From the NCBI GenBank assembly GCA_043775825.1, contig JAYVRX010000071.1, positions 20,399-84,398 on the forward strand: DNA of 64,000 nt. Reading direction: 5' to 3'. Below are positions 1-10,984 of the stretch, in pieces. The notes under the pieces were generated by a model. It was not told the DNA's origin, did no database searches, and saw nothing but the letters and a program-made list of their open reading frames with translations. The stretch is from Deinococcales bacterium. Lineage in GTDB: Bacteria; Deinococcota; Deinococci; Deinococcales; JAAFIG01. The translations under genes and the position numbers were made by a program. Every line of letters starts with the position of its first letter. The stretch's first letter is position 1.

Positions 1-2
1 CT

Positions 3-491
3 GTGTTCGAGTTAGGAAATCCTAAAATGGCGGCTCGAGGTTTTGAACGTGAGTATTTGACCAAAGAGCAAGCCCGACGTTTCATACCAGAATCAAGACA
101 AACCATCTGGTTTAAAATCATGCTCGTTGTGGTCTGGGTAACTATTCTTGGATTGTTCTTTTTGGATTTTAGGTTTCGTTATCCAACTTTGTTTGCCGCA
201 TTCAGTCTTTACTTTTTAGGAAAGAGTTCTTTTCTGACAATGATTTTGTTGTTCGATTCTGTCTTAAGAGCATTGTTGCAACGAAATCGCAGTTTGCCCA
301 TCGTAGCTTCTGTCATGGTGCTCGAGTATTTGACGATAGCCACTGGCATTGTAGTCTGGTATTTTTTCGCACCTGCGCCATTTAAAATCCCAACCTGGAC
401 TTTTTTGACTTTCATGACTGTTTTGACTGTTGGGATGGCTTATACTGAATTGCCAATTCTGCAAAAATTACGTACTCGAGCGTCAACATAA
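3..491 (+). CDS. hypothetical multi-pass membrane protein (possibly 5'-truncated at window edge)
   Basis: 162-aa ORF with several hydrophobic helices. No recognisable family. AT-richer than its neighbours. Confidence 0.4.
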   Translation: MFELGNPKMAARGFEREYLTKEQARRFIPESRQTIWFKIMLVVVWVTILGLFFLDFRFRYPTLFAAFSLYFLGKSSFLTMILLFDSVLRALLQRNRSLPIVASVMVLEYLTIATGIVVWYFFAPAPFKIPTWTFLTFMTVLTVGMAYTELPILQKLRTRAST

Positions 492-1617
492 AAACCCAAA
501 TCTCGAGATTACACTCTCCCATGAGAATCCCCTCAATGTTTCGCGGTATCATCCCAGCGTGAGCCGTAAAATCACCACCACCATCATTTCCGACCCGCTC
601 GAGTGGAATCAACTCGTCACCAGTTTCTCGCATTACAGCGCTTTGCAAGGTTGGGGCTTCGGTGAGGTGCGCCGCATCAGCGGTTGGACGCCGCACCGTT
701 TGAAACTCGAGCGTGATGGTGTGGCGTTCGCCGCCGCGCAAGTGTTGCGCCGCAAGCAAACGGGACTCAGTTTCCTGTACTGCCCGCGTGGTCCCGCCAT
801 GAATTCGTTCAGTGACCTCGAGGATGTGGGCGCGGCTTTGAAAGCCTGGGCTGGCGCGGGCGATGTCAGCATCAAGATCGAACCCCCGATTCCGCTCTTG
901 TCCGACGGCACGGGCAGCAACATTGTAGAGCGTTACGGCGTCTGGAAGAACTCGAGCACCATTCAACCGGAGCACACGATTTTGCTGGATTTGACCAAAC
1001 CCGAAGACCAGTTTTTCAAGAACATGCACGAGATGGCGCGGCGCAACACCCGCACCAGCCTCAAATTGGGCGTGACCGCGCAACCCGAAGACGATTTTGA
1101 GAGTTTCTGGGTGCTTTTTTCCGAAACCAACAGGCGCTCGAGTTTGTTGCAGCGCCAAAAGAATTATTACGAGGCGGTCTGGAAAGAATGCAACAAATTT
1201 GGTGGCGAAGCCGTCATCATCACCGCCCGTCACGAGGGCGTGCCGCTCGCCAGCGGTTTGATTATCGGTCTGGGTCACGACCTGAATTACCTGTACGGCG
1301 GCAGCACTCGGCAGATTCGCAAAGAAGGCGAGAAAGACCCCAAAGCCAGCAACGGTTTTTACTGGGGCATGATTCGGCACGGCATGGCGAGAGGGTACAA
1401 GTACCTGGATTTGTTCGGGATTCCCAAAACCATCTCTGAAGACAAGCACAGTTTTGGTGTTTACGAATTTAAAGAACGCCTGGGCGGGCAAAAAGTCTTC
1501 TTTCCAGCGTACGAGCAAAGCCTTTCACCGATCTCGAGCCTGATGAACACGGCGTTCAGAATTCGCAAGAATTACATGAATTACAAGGCTCGAGGGACGA
1601 CCAAAGACGTGCTCTAA
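430..1617 (+). CDS. FemAB-family peptidoglycan interpeptide-bridge aminoacyltransferase
   Basis: C-terminal pattern YLYGGST...FYWGMIRHGMARGYKYLDLFGIP...FGVYEFKERLGG is typical of FemAB/FemX (PF02388-like). The true start is probably internal (in-frame GTG at 559). Confidence 0.7.
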   Translation: MGWLILNCQFCKNYVLERQHKNPNLEITLSHENPLNVSRYHPSVSRKITTTIISDPLEWNQLVTSFSHYSALQGWGFGEVRRISGWTPHRLKLERDGVAFAAAQVLRRKQTGLSFLYCPRGPAMNSFSDLEDVGAALKAWAGAGDVSIKIEPPIPLLSDGTGSNIVERYGVWKNSSTIQPEHTILLDLTKPEDQFFKNMHEMARRNTRTSLKLGVTAQPEDDFESFWVLFSETNRRSSLLQRQKNYYEAVWKECNKFGGEAVIITARHEGVPLASGLIIGLGHDLNYLYGGSTRQIRKEGEKDPKASNGFYWGMIRHGMARGYKYLDLFGIPKTISEDKHSFGVYEFKERLGGQKVFFPAYEQSLSPISSLMNTAFRIRKNYMNYKARGTTKDVL

Positions 1618-1816
1618 AAACTCGAATGTCCCAACGCATCACCCGAGGCTTGAGGTGTAAGCTCGAGATCTAAAAGCATTGTTTTTTGGCGCGGCGTTCA
1701 GTAACCCATCTCTCATGACTGCAAGTCTGAAAAGGGGGTGCGTACATTTGGAGTTCGTTTCCAACACCATCAGAGACACCCGTTCTTAACCTCTCGAGAT
1801 TTTGGAGGTGGTTGTT

Positions 1817-3853
1817 GTGCGCGTCAGAAACGTTTCGGTGGTCGGTCATAACGGCGCAGGTAAAACCAGTTTGGTTGAGGGCTTGCTGTTCAAAGCGGGC
1901 GCTCGAGATCGGTTGGGACGCGTCGAAGATGGTACGACTGCCAGCGATCACACGGAAACCGAGAAAAAACGTGGCATGAGTGTGGCGACCAGCGTACTGA
2001 ATTTGTCTTGGCAAGACACGAGTCTGAATTTATTAGACGCGCCTGGGTACGCCGATTTTGTCGGTGAAATTCGCGGCGCGATGCGGGCGGCAGACTCGAG
2101 TTTGATTGTGGTCAGCGCGACCTCGGGCGTGTCGGTGGGCACGGAACGGGTTTGGAAAACGGCGGATGAGTTCAACATGCCGCGCATTGTGGTGGTTAAC
2201 AAACTTGACCGCGAGCATTCAGATTTTTTTGGGGCGTTGCACAGCGTTCATGACACGCTTTCCATGCAGGCGGTGGCTTCGCACATTCCGATTGGGTCAG
2301 AAAGTAATTTTCGTGGCGTGATAGACCTGCTGTCCGACAAAGCGTATGTTTACACCAACGGAAAGCTCGAGTTGCAAGAGATTCCTGAAGCGCTGGCAGA
2401 ATCCACCCGGGCGCACCGAACCAAATTGATTGAGGCAATTGTCGAAACCAATGAAGGCTTGATGGAACAGTATTTGTCCGACGAACCGCTCGAAGATCAA
2501 GCCGTGAAAAACGCCTTTCTCGAGGCGGTACATCACGGTGAATTGTTCCCGGTTTTGCCGCTCAGCAGCTCGGGTTTGGTTGGTTTAGAACCGCTTCTTA
2601 ATTTGATGGTTGAGGCACTTCGTGCGCCCAAAGATCGTCCCGAAGTGGTTGGCATCGATCAGCAAACTCGAGCGCCGAATATTGACGCGCCGTTTTCGGC
2701 TCGAGTTTGGCGTACCGCGATTGATCCTTTCGTCGGCAAAGTCGCTTATGTGCGCGTTTGGAGCGGGCAGTTGCACCCAGGCGATACGGTCAGAAACTCG
2801 CATTCGGACAAGGATTTCAAACTTGCGCACTTGTACACGCTGCGCGGCAAGGAATTGATCGAAGTTCCAGCTCTCGAGGCGGGCATGATTGGTGCGATCA
2901 CCAAAGTTCCTGACTTGCACACGGGCGATACCTTATGCGATCCGAATCGGCAGATTGATTTTGGACCGCTCGAGCTTCCGGAAGCCATCTCGAGCTTGGC
3001 GATTCATGCGGCGACCCGCTCGGACGAGGACAAACTGGGCACGGCTTTGGGCAAATTGCTCGAGGAAGACCCCACGCTGCATTTGACCCGCAACAATGAA
3101 ACTTCTGAGAGTTTGCTCTCGGGCATGGGTCACACGCACCTCGAGATTGCAGTCGAAAAACTGGGGTTGTACGGCGTGAACATCACCTCGAGTTTGCCCA
3201 AGATTGCGTACCGCGAAACCGTGCTGGCATCGGCGCAAGCCCAGGGTAAATTTAAACGGCAATCTGGTGGTCACGGACAGTACGGCGATTGCTGGTTACG
3301 GATTGAACCATCACATCAAGAATTTGAGTTTGTGTCAGAAGTGATTGGCGGGGTTGTACCGACCAAATACATTCCCAGCATCGAAAAAGGCGTCGAAGAA
3401 GCCAGACATCACGGCGCACTGGCGGGATACCCGTTGCAAAACATCAAAGTGGTTGTTTACGACGGCAGTTACCACGATGTTGACTCCTCGGACATGGCAT
3501 TCAAAACCGCTGGCAGCATTGGGCTGCGCAACGCCGCCGAAAAAGCCAAACCCGCCCTGCTCGAGCCGGTCATGCTGGTCAAAGTTCGCGTTCCAGAACG
3601 CTACACGGGCGATATTTTGGGCGATCTGAACACCCGCCGCGCCAAAGTGCAGGGCATGGAACCCGAGGGCGGGGTCACGGTCATCAGTGCGCTTGTGCCG
3701 CTTGCAGAAGTTCAAAATTATTCACCAGAATTGCACAGCCTGACCAGTGGACGCGGTGTGTACAGCATTAAATTTGATTCTTACGCCCAAGTTCCAGCGT
3801 TGCAAGCCGAAAAGATTATCAATGCTCGAAAAACAGAACTTGCGCACGCCTGA
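1817..3853 (+). CDS. elongation factor G paralog (EF-G2-like translational GTPase)
   Basis: G1 motif [22 protein letters not shown], and EF-G domains II-V by length and pattern. GGAGG lies 8 nt upstream of the GTG at 1817. Confidence 0.8.
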   Translation: MRVRNVSVVGHNGAGKTSLVEGLLFKAGARDRLGRVEDGTTASDHTETEKKRGMSVATSVLNLSWQDTSLNLLDAPGYADFVGEIRGAMRAADSSLIVVSATSGVSVGTERVWKTADEFNMPRIVVVNKLDREHSDFFGALHSVHDTLSMQAVASHIPIGSESNFRGVIDLLSDKAYVYTNGKLELQEIPEALAESTRAHRTKLIEAIVETNEGLMEQYLSDEPLEDQAVKNAFLEAVHHGELFPVLPLSSSGLVGLEPLLNLMVEALRAPKDRPEVVGIDQQTRAPNIDAPFSARVWRTAIDPFVGKVAYVRVWSGQLHPGDTVRNSHSDKDFKLAHLYTLRGKELIEVPALEAGMIGAITKVPDLHTGDTLCDPNRQIDFGPLELPEAISSLAIHAATRSDEDKLGTALGKLLEEDPTLHLTRNNETSESLLSGMGHTHLEIAVEKLGLYGVNITSSLPKIAYRETVLASAQAQGKFKRQSGGHGQYGDCWLRIEPSHQEFEFVSEVIGGVVPTKYIPSIEKGVEEARHHGALAGYPLQNIKVVVYDGSYHDVDSSDMAFKTAGSIGLRNAAEKAKPALLEPVMLVKVRVPERYTGDILGDLNTRRAKVQGMEPEGGVTVISALVPLAEVQNYSPELHSLTSGRGVYSIKFDSYAQVPALQAEKIINARKTELAHA

Positions 3854-3868
3854 GAAAAAACCCGAGGT

Positions 3869-5089
3869 TTAGCGAATGATTCTTGCTGGTTGAATGTTGG
3901 CGGCACGACGCGCGGGAATAAAACCAGCGACCAAGGTTGTCAATAGCGATGCGATGCTGACCCAAACAAAATCAAAAGCTTTCATTTGAGCTGGCAGGGC
4001 GGTAATAAAGTATAAATCTCCAGGTAGACGGTACGGATTGAGCGTGAAATACAGGCTTAACCCAAAGCCCAAAAGGTTGCCCAGAAGCATTCCCAAAAAC
4101 CCCAGCACAAAACCCTCGAGCAAGAAAACCTGTTGAATCACACTGGATTTTGCACCCATCGCCCGTAAAATCGCAATCTCGGGGGTTTTTTCAAAAACGG
4201 TCAAGACCAGAACGTTAACAATCCCGAACGCGGCAACGATCACGATAAGTAGCAGCACAATCGAAATGATGTTTTTTTGCAACTGCATCTGGGCAATCAA
4301 GGTTTGGTTGATGTCCTGCCAAGGACGACCATAAAAATTGGTTGGTTTGACCTTTCCAGGCTCGAGGTCGAGCGGCAAGGTGTTCGCTAAGCGAATGGCA
4401 CGTTCGGCGTCGGACAAACGCACGTGATAGCCCATGATGTTCTGTCCCAGCCCCATCAGGTCTTGCAAGGCTTGAATGCCAACAAAACCAAAAACACTGT
4501 CAATTTGGTAATTGCGGGTGCGAAACGTTCCAGAAAACCTAAATTTCTTTTTCACGGCACTCGAGATGTCCAAACCCTTGGTTGCCACCACGTAAATCGT
4601 GTCACCGACAATCAGCCGCATTGATCGTGCCAAGTCGTAACCCAATAAAATTCCGTCGGGTGGCAGTTGCTCGAGTTGAATTCGGTCTTCAGACTCGAGG
4701 TTTAACGCCCCAGCCTCACGCTTGGTGTCCACCCCGTACACTTGGGCAAAGCCCGTGCTGCCACCCTTACCGTTGCTGGCACGGCGCGTCAGCAAGCCTT
4801 GCGTGAACACGTAACGCGACCAACCCACCACCTCTTTGTTATTCAAAAGACGCTGCTCGAGTTTGGGGTCTGTTGGCGTGCCGCCCTGTTCTTGATCCCA
4901 GGCTTGAAGCGTGATGTGCGGTTGGGCTTTGATGGTCGTGTCAATCAGGGTTTTGACAAAACCATTGGTTAACGATAATGCCGTGGTCAAGACCATCACG
5001 CCAATCGCCACGCCAACAATCGAGATCAGGTTTTGGGTGCGTCTTCGTCGCAGGTGCGAACGGGCGAGTAACCAGATGAGCCGAGTCAT
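3869..5089 (-). CDS. LolC/LolE-family ABC transporter permease (MacB-like periplasmic domain plus FtsX)
   Basis: N-terminal TM, large periplasmic domain and C-terminal FtsX-like 3-TM bundle ending ...PARRAANIQPARIIR. Start chosen at MTRLIWLLARSHL. Confidence 0.75.
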   Translation of the reverse strand: MTRLIWLLARSHLRRRRTQNLISIVGVAIGVMVLTTALSLTNGFVKTLIDTTIKAQPHITLQAWDQEQGGTPTDPKLEQRLLNNKEVVGWSRYVFTQGLLTRRASNGKGGSTGFAQVYGVDTKREAGALNLESEDRIQLEQLPPDGILLGYDLARSMRLIVGDTIYVVATKGLDISSAVKKKFRFSGTFRTRNYQIDSVFGFVGIQALQDLMGLGQNIMGYHVRLSDAERAIRLANTLPLDLEPGKVKPTNFYGRPWQDINQTLIAQMQLQKNIISIVLLLIVIVAAFGIVNVLVLTVFEKTPEIAILRAMGAKSSVIQQVFLLEGFVLGFLGMLLGNLLGFGLSLYFTLNPYRLPGDLYFITALPAQMKAFDFVWVSIASLLTTLVAGFIPARRAANIQPARIIR

Positions 5090-5299
5090 AAAATGGATTC
5101 TACGTTGAAACAGTGAAAGCGAACAGCAATGAGCAAGACTCAATTCTGCTTTTGATTTTTTAGCTCAAGGTGCTCTGTATCACACCTGCATGTGCTTCAA
5201 GGCTTTCTCGGGTTTTTTAGAGCAAATTAGAGCAAAACAGTCTTGCCGCAACATTCTCGAGCGGGCATTGTTGTTTGGCTCGAGAATCTGCGCCAATCC

Positions 5300-6127
5300 C
5301 TAATCCCTGATTTCGTATACGAACCCCTCGCCACCTGCGTACAAGCAATGATCCAAATTCACGCACAAACCATTCTGATACTCCCAAGCTTCGGTGACTT
5401 CTATCGGTGAGCGATCTAACAACCTAAAAATTGGCGTGTGACCGTGAACGATTTTTGTGCCACCAAACGTCTCGAGCATCTTGTGTGCTCTGGCAAAACC
5501 GCCCTCAAAATCTGCGATGTTGACCAGTTGCGCAAATTCTGGTGCGACAAACTCGAGCCGTTTGGCGAACTGATCCTCGAGTTTGTCAATGGTGTCCATG
5601 TCATGTTCGGTCAGGATGGCGTGAATGTTTTTGTTGACCTCCTGGATGCTCGAGCCGTAATTGAGATAAAAGGTGTTGTCGGCGTGCATTAGAAGCGTGT
5701 TGCCGACTTTGGCGAGGGCTGGCAAATTAAGTAACCAGGACACTCGTTCTGGGGTCAGTCGCTCGAGGTCGGACATTTTGCCGCCGTTTTTTATCCACAT
5801 GTCAATAAAACCAACTTTCTTGCCCACATGCCCAAAACTTGGGACATCATGGTTGCCAAAGTGATAGACCTCTTGCAGAATCACGTCGTGGTTACCCAAT
5901 AGTGCCCCAACAAAACCGCCTTCAAAAACCGCTTCTTTTTCCAGACGCATGACCAGATCAATCACGCCCATGCCGTCTGCTCCACGGTCGGTAAAATCAC
6001 CCAAAAACCAAAGCTGTGCGTCTCGAGCAGCCCAGTGCCCAGCCTCATCGGTCAGTTCAGCAGTGTGAAGTAACTCGAGAAGTTGATCCAAGCATCCGTG
6101 AATGTCACCAATGGCGTAGGTCGGCAT
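5300..6127 (-). CDS. metallophosphoesterase (PPP-family Ser/Thr phosphatase / ApaH-like)
   Basis: Motifs GDIHG, GDFTDRG, GNHD and HGH. Confidence 0.8.
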   Translation of the reverse strand: MPTYAIGDIHGCLDQLLELLHTAELTDEAGHWAARDAQLWFLGDFTDRGADGMGVIDLVMRLEKEAVFEGGFVGALLGNHDVILQEVYHFGNHDVPSFGHVGKKVGFIDMWIKNGGKMSDLERLTPERVSWLLNLPALAKVGNTLLMHADNTFYLNYGSSIQEVNKNIHAILTEHDMDTIDKLEDQFAKRLEFVAPEFAQLVNIADFEGGFARAHKMLETFGGTKIVHGHTPIFRLLDRSPIEVTEAWEYQNGLCVNLDHCLYAGGEGFVYEIRD

Positions 6128-6252
6128 TGTAAAATTCTAAGCGCAAGAGCCTGAAATATTGATTCTTGAGGTTGAAAACCTGATCTGAACAACTTTTTTT
6201 GATATTATCAGCTTTGAGCTTTGGCTTAAATTTATTCAAAAGGTGGGAATTT

Positions 6253-6483
6253 ATGGATCGCAAAGCCGTGGACTCGAGTATGCTCAAGAGCATTGGGTAC
6301 GATTCTGACACCCAAACGCTCGAGTTGGAATTTAAAAGCGGAGAGGTTTGGCAGTACATGGATGTGCCAGCAGAAGAATTCGAGGGACTTATGAACGCAC
6401 CCTCGCACGGCAGTTATGCACGACAAAACATCATCGAGTCGTATCACGAAACTCGAGTCTCGGGTCGTAAAACAAGGCGTTAA
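6253..6483 (+). CDS. KTSC domain-containing protein
   Basis: Pattern VDSSMLKSIGYDSDTQTLELEFKSGEVWQYMDVP..F..L......GSY. AAGGTGGG lies upstream of the ATG at 6253. Confidence 0.7.
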   Translation: MDRKAVDSSMLKSIGYDSDTQTLELEFKSGEVWQYMDVPAEEFEGLMNAPSHGSYARQNIIESYHETRVSGRKTRR

Positions 6484-6830
6484 GGATTGTTTGAATAATG
6501 ATCGGTAATTTGTTCTCGTCCGATTGATGAAGGTTTGTACGCCCATGAACGAATTCGTGCTCGGCAAGTTTAACCATTAAGACCAGCAATGAATCCCATG
6601 CTACACGCATTTTACGACCCATCAAGTAATTGCAACTGGTTCTCATGTGTGTTTTAACCTTGGCTTAGCCTTTTTATTCGTGTAAACTGCCGCGTGCCCC
6701 TCGAGTTCGCTCGAACGGTGCACGCCCCAGAATTTGGTGTCTTCAGACCATATTGTTCCGCCCCCAGCATTACAACTCGCAAGAGAGCCGAACTGAAGCC
6801 AAGATCAACCAAATTGCTCGAGGAGAAATT

Positions 6831-7307
6831 TTGAAATTGTTTCGTAAGATTGCAGTATTTATTGTTGTATTCAGTGCATTTACAGGAATTGGTTTAGGTT
6901 ATACCGAGCGCCCATTGTGGCCCGTTCAAGGGGTTATCACCCAAAGTTATGGTGGACGTTATGGTCATACTGGACTTGACATTGCCGCACCAACAGGCAC
7001 ACCCGTTTATGCAGCACTTTCTGGTCGTGTCAATTACGCGGGTTGGAATCCACACGGTTACGGAAACTTCGTTAAAATCACTGGCAATGACGGACGCGAA
7101 TATGCTTACGCCCACAACTCCAGAATCATGGTGCGCGTTGGTCAAGTGGTGCGTCAAGGGCAACTGATTTCTCGGGTTGGGTCAACTGGACGCAGTTCAG
7201 GACCGCACTTGCACTTCGAGATTCGGATTGACGGCAACGTTCGCAGTCCAATGGCGTACCTGCCAGGCTCGAGGGTCATGTTGGCAAGCACCCGCGCAAG
7301 GCGTTAA
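6831..7307 (+). CDS. M23 family metallopeptidase
   Basis: HTGLDIAAPTGTPVYA ... GSTGRSSGPHLHFEI. AGGAG lies 5 nt before the TTG at 6831. The ORF extends upstream to 6753. Confidence 0.8.
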   Translation: MKLFRKIAVFIVVFSAFTGIGLGYTERPLWPVQGVITQSYGGRYGHTGLDIAAPTGTPVYAALSGRVNYAGWNPHGYGNFVKITGNDGREYAYAHNSRIMVRVGQVVRQGQLISRVGSTGRSSGPHLHFEIRIDGNVRSPMAYLPGSRVMLASTRARR

Positions 7308-7324
7308 GTTTTAAACGCAATTTT

Positions 7325-7352
7325 AAAAGCTCGAGTTTAGGCTCGAGCTTTT
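7325..7352. terminator. bidirectional hairpin terminator built from two CTCGAG copies
   Basis: AAAAGCTCGAG-tttagg-CTCGAGCTTTT (11-bp perfect stem, T and A tracts on both sides) between convergent genes. Confidence 0.6.
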
Positions 7353-7355
7353 GTT

Positions 7356-8129
7356 TTACCGCGCTGGGTTAATAAGCCATTTTTCGAGCAATTTTTGATA
7401 GCTGCCATCAACCTTCATGGTTTTGATTAAATCGTTGGCGATCTTCACCAAATCTGAACCCTGCTTGAAAACCATGCCGTACTCCTCGAGTCTAAGGGGT
7501 TTGCCAGTACGTTCGAGGTTTTCGGTTTTAACCAAGTAATCCGCGATTGGCGCATCGGTAATAATCGCGTCGATGGCTGCCGATTTTAAATCCGTCAGGC
7601 TGGCTTTGAGGTCGTTGTAAGCTTTGATTTGCGCTCCCAGGGCTTTGAGGTACTGGTCGGCGGCGTCAAAGCTGGTCGTGTTGGCTTGGACGCCCAAATT
7701 CAAGCCTTTAAAACTGGGTGCGGGGTAAGTTATTTTCTTTGGATTTCCTTTGCGCACCACGAGCACTGGGGCGCTCGAGAAGTACGAATCTGAAAACACC
7801 ACCCCAGGTTTTTTGGAAATGGCAATGCCGCTGATTGCCATGTCCACCAAGCTTGTGGCGGTGGCTTTGACCAGGGATTCTACGGACAGGCGTTTAAATT
7901 CGATTTTGACACCCAGTTTAGTGCTGAACGCTCGAGCCATATCGGCATCAAAGCCCACAACTTCTTGCTTTTCGTTGACGCTTTCAAACGGTGCGAATTG
8001 CGGGTCAATACCAACCACCAGCACGCCTTTTTGCTTGACGCTCGAGGCATTAATTGCGATTGCAGCACCAAAGACGAGGCTCGAGAACACCAGAAAACCT
8101 TTCAACATCATGGTTTTAGAATAACGCAT
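7356..8129 (-). CDS. amino-acid ABC transporter substrate-binding protein (SBP family 3)
   Basis: Signal peptide, then VVGIDPQFAPFE..., GFDADMARA and the typical SBP_bac_3 layout. Confidence 0.75.
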   Translation of the reverse strand: MRYSKTMMLKGFLVFSSLVFGAAIAINASSVKQKGVLVVGIDPQFAPFESVNEKQEVVGFDADMARAFSTKLGVKIEFKRLSVESLVKATATSLVDMAISGIAISKKPGVVFSDSYFSSAPVLVVRKGNPKKITYPAPSFKGLNLGVQANTTSFDAADQYLKALGAQIKAYNDLKASLTDLKSAAIDAIITDAPIADYLVKTENLERTGKPLRLEEYGMVFKQGSDLVKIANDLIKTMKVDGSYQKLLEKWLINPAR

Positions 8130-8140
8130 CTCGAGAACTT

Positions 8141-9403
8141 TTAGCGAATACCCATGCGTTTGCGAATGTCTTCAATTTTCCAACCCGTTAAGTTTGCCAG
8201 AACTTGAGCTTGGGTTTCAAAGCGCTTTGGCAGGCTGGCATTGTAATTTTCGGCGGCTTGGCATGAAGCCTGCCCTTTCCAAGCGTGACGAATCACGTAC
8301 CGACCCTGAAAGTTTTGATTGTTCGGCGTTTCACGCAATATCAAATCTTCTTTAAAGCGTAACTTGCCGTAACGCACGTGCAATCGCGTGACAAAAACCT
8401 GTCCGTTTTGACCCGCCCAACCCGCCCCAGCCGTTTGTAATTCCTCGAGCGTCGGCGGTTCGCTGGCGCAAGGATCGCACCAACTCGAGTTCCAGGCGTA
8501 CTCGACGAAAACAGCTTTTTTATTTTCGCGTTCATAAGCGCGTTTAAAAAGTGCAGGATAGAACTTATTGAAATCTTTTTGAATGTACTCTGGGACTTCC
8601 ATGTTGCTGGGGATATTCACGGTGCTGTAATTGGCGCTTTCGACCCGACCTTTGCGCGTTAATGCGTAAACAATCAAATCCTGATCGCCTTTGGCATTCA
8701 GCATTCCAAGGCGCAACGGCAGCATAAAATTCGGACTTTCAAAACTCATCTGCAACGGACGCAAACTCGAGAAACCCGTTCGATCAAAATTCTCGAGGTT
8801 GACTTTTGCCACAAAGAACTTCATGCCCATTTTGATATACGGCGCGAGGGAAGTGCTTGCACCCGTCGGGATGTTGTACTTGTTTTCTTTTAGCCAAGTC
8901 TCTAAGCCATTGCTTTGAGTGGCGGACAAAATCACAATATCGTACTCACCCACGGCGTACTGCGCCTCGACGGTCACACCAAGGGCATCCACGGGTTTGA
9001 CTGCCTTTTGCTCCACCACACCAGTGTTCGCGGTGGTGGGTGCAACCGAAGGATAGACCAATGGTTGGCACGGGTCTTCGTCAAAATACTCGACCAAGCG
9101 CGGCGCACTGTAGGCATCTAGTTTTTGTACCACCGCAGGGTCAATCACCCGAATGTCAGCTTTCTCGAGCACCACTGGCACAGGCACGACCATTGCAAAA
9201 TCCTTGACGTTGCCCTGGTAATCGCTGACCATCGTGATGTTGGTACGGTTGCCATCCCTGGAAATAATGACTTGCGAAGACTTGTTGAACAGCTTTGCAT
9301 CCCCTCTGGCGACATAAAAACCACAAAATGCCAATGCCGAACCAGCCAACATCAGACCAACTGTAAACAACGTTCGGGTTAAACCTCGAGCCTCGAATTT
9401 CAT
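8141..9403 (-). CDS. DUF2330 domain-containing secreted protein
   Basis: N-terminal signal/TM and length plus pattern (FAMVVPVP..., WCDPCA) typical of DUF2330. Confidence 0.55.
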   Translation of the reverse strand: MKFEARGLTRTLFTVGLMLAGSALAFCGFYVARGDAKLFNKSSQVIISRDGNRTNITMVSDYQGNVKDFAMVVPVPVVLEKADIRVIDPAVVQKLDAYSAPRLVEYFDEDPCQPLVYPSVAPTTANTGVVEQKAVKPVDALGVTVEAQYAVGEYDIVILSATQSNGLETWLKENKYNIPTGASTSLAPYIKMGMKFFVAKVNLENFDRTGFSSLRPLQMSFESPNFMLPLRLGMLNAKGDQDLIVYALTRKGRVESANYSTVNIPSNMEVPEYIQKDFNKFYPALFKRAYERENKKAVFVEYAWNSSWCDPCASEPPTLEELQTAGAGWAGQNGQVFVTRLHVRYGKLRFKEDLILRETPNNQNFQGRYVIRHAWKGQASCQAAENYNASLPKRFETQAQVLANLTGWKIEDIRKRMGIR

Positions 9404-9523
9404 GCTTGACCCCCTAGAGGCTTGAATTGTACGCCTTGGGTTCAGTATTCGTCATGATTGAAAGCCCGAGCCAAACAAAAAGGAGCGGAAATGAATCCGC
9501 CCCTCGAGTTCACTGAAAGCTGT

Positions 9524-10984
9524 CTACAAACGCAACAAGCTCGCAACGACGGTGGTGGTTTGACCACCGTTGATGGTGAATTCTTGAACAAAGCCACGGT
9601 AACCAGCGGCAACCACGACCAATTCGTGTGTGCCAGCAGGCAAGTTTTTAATGCTCAAGCTGCCATTGTTGCCAATTTTACCGACCAATTGACCGTTAAT
9701 GAACACGTTTGCGCCGCGCACGCTGTTGACAATGTTGAGCGTGCCATTGGTGACCACAGCTTGCAAGTTGGCGTTGACGACGGTTACACGACCACCGCTG
9801 ACGACCACGTTCTGTTGGAAGTCACGGTAACCAGCAAGGCGCACGGTTACAGCGTACTGACCGGCAGCCAATGGCAATTCGGCACTCGAGCCTGTCAGGT
9901 TGCCCTGGAATTGACCATTGATATAAACCTCTGCGCCAGATTGCGAGTTGATGCGGAGCGTACCGTTGGTGACAATAGCTTGTAGGTTGCGGGCATCGAC
10001 CACGGTGGTTTGACCCACGTTAACGTTAACAGTTTGGTTGAAATCGCTGTAACCGTCCAAGGTCACACGAACGGTGTGGTTGCCGGCGGTGGCAATACCG
10101 GTGATGCTGCCATTGGCAACGAGGCGGTTGTCCACGTAAACGCTCGAGCCGTTCGGCGCAAGAATTTGCAACGTGCCATTTTGTTGGACTGCGGTCAGAC
10201 GGGCATTGACGGCGGTGGTCTGACCAGCGTTGACGTTCACGCTGTAATTACCGTCTTGGTAACCAGGAGCGCTGACGCGAACGGTGTGTGCACCAGGAAC
10301 GGCAGCCACGCTGACAGGAGCAGTACCAATCAGTGTTCCGTCAACCAAGACGCTCGAGTTTGGCGCATTGCTGGTGATTGCCAGCGTGCCGTTGCTGACA
10401 GGACGGGCGGTGGTAAAGTCCACAAATGCCGTGGTCCAGTCGGTTGGTGGTAATGGGGTCACAACCACAGCCAAAGGACGAGCCAGACCTTCAGAGCCTT
10501 GAACGGTGGCGTTGACAAAATTGCCAGTTTGAACTTGCGGAATAATGCCTGAGAGATTGAGCGGGTTTTTGCTGGCAAGGGCAAAAATCTTTTCTTGACC
10601 AAACGGTGCTTGAATGTTCAACTGGTACTTATCGTTTGTTCCTGGGAAGGTACGGGTTTCACCAGCACGCAAGAATGGCTGTTGTCCACCAGGAAAACCA
10701 TTTGGCAACAAAACCGTAATAGCGCCTGTTGACTGAATGTTAAACACGTACACGTAAGCGTCTTGATTGACATTGACCGAAACCTTCAGGTTTTCACCCT
10801 CTAAATACAACGGGTTAGCACCAGCTTTATTCAGTGCCACAGCAACTTTTAACTCGGTAGGGGCTGGGTTGACAATCACGGCTTGAGGGCGCACCACAGG
10901 TTGAGACTGCGCAAAAGCAGAACCCAAACCAAATACACCTGCGAAAAGCGTGACTGTTGCGGCTGTAAAATTCTTAACGTTCAT
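9524..10984 (-). CDS. secreted protein with N-terminal DUF4384-like domain and tandem PEGA domains
   Basis: Signal peptide. At least four repeats of the form G.L.I.S.P.GA.V.VDG...G..P......GtH.V.v...GY. Confidence 0.65.
   Translation of the reverse strand: MNVKNFTAATVTLFAGVFGLGSAFAQSQPVVRPQAVIVNPAPTELKVAVALNKAGANPLYLEGENLKVSVNVNQDAYVYVFNIQSTGAITVLLPNGFPGGQQPFLRAGETRTFPGTNDKYQLNIQAPFGQEKIFALASKNPLNLSGIIPQVQTGNFVNATVQGSEGLARPLAVVVTPLPPTDWTTAFVDFTTARPVSNGTLAITSNAPNSSVLVDGTLIGTAPVSVAAVPGAHTVRVSAPGYQDGNYSVNVNAGQTTAVNARLTAVQQNGTLQILAPNGSSVYVDNRLVANGSITGIATAGNHTVRVTLDGYSDFNQTVNVNVGQTTVVDARNLQAIVTNGTLRINSQSGAEVYINGQFQGNLTGSSAELPLAAGQYAVTVRLAGYRDFQQNVVVSGGRVTVVNANLQAVVTNGTLNIVNSVRGANVFINGQLVGKIGNNGSLSIKNLPAGTHELVVVAAGYRGFVQEFTINGGQTTTVVASLLRL

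Noticed and set aside
412-1518. 368-aa ORF on the minus strand
   Set aside because: It is fully antisense to the FemAB-family gene, which has clear family motifs. The Arg/Ala/Gly-rich translation is typical of a shadow ORF.
6431-6646. 71-aa minus-strand ORF containing an HExxH motif (AEHEFVHG), possible mini-metalloprotease
   Set aside because: It overlaps the 3' end of the KTSC gene by about 50 nt and has no ribosome-binding site. A single HExxH in a short ORF is weak evidence.
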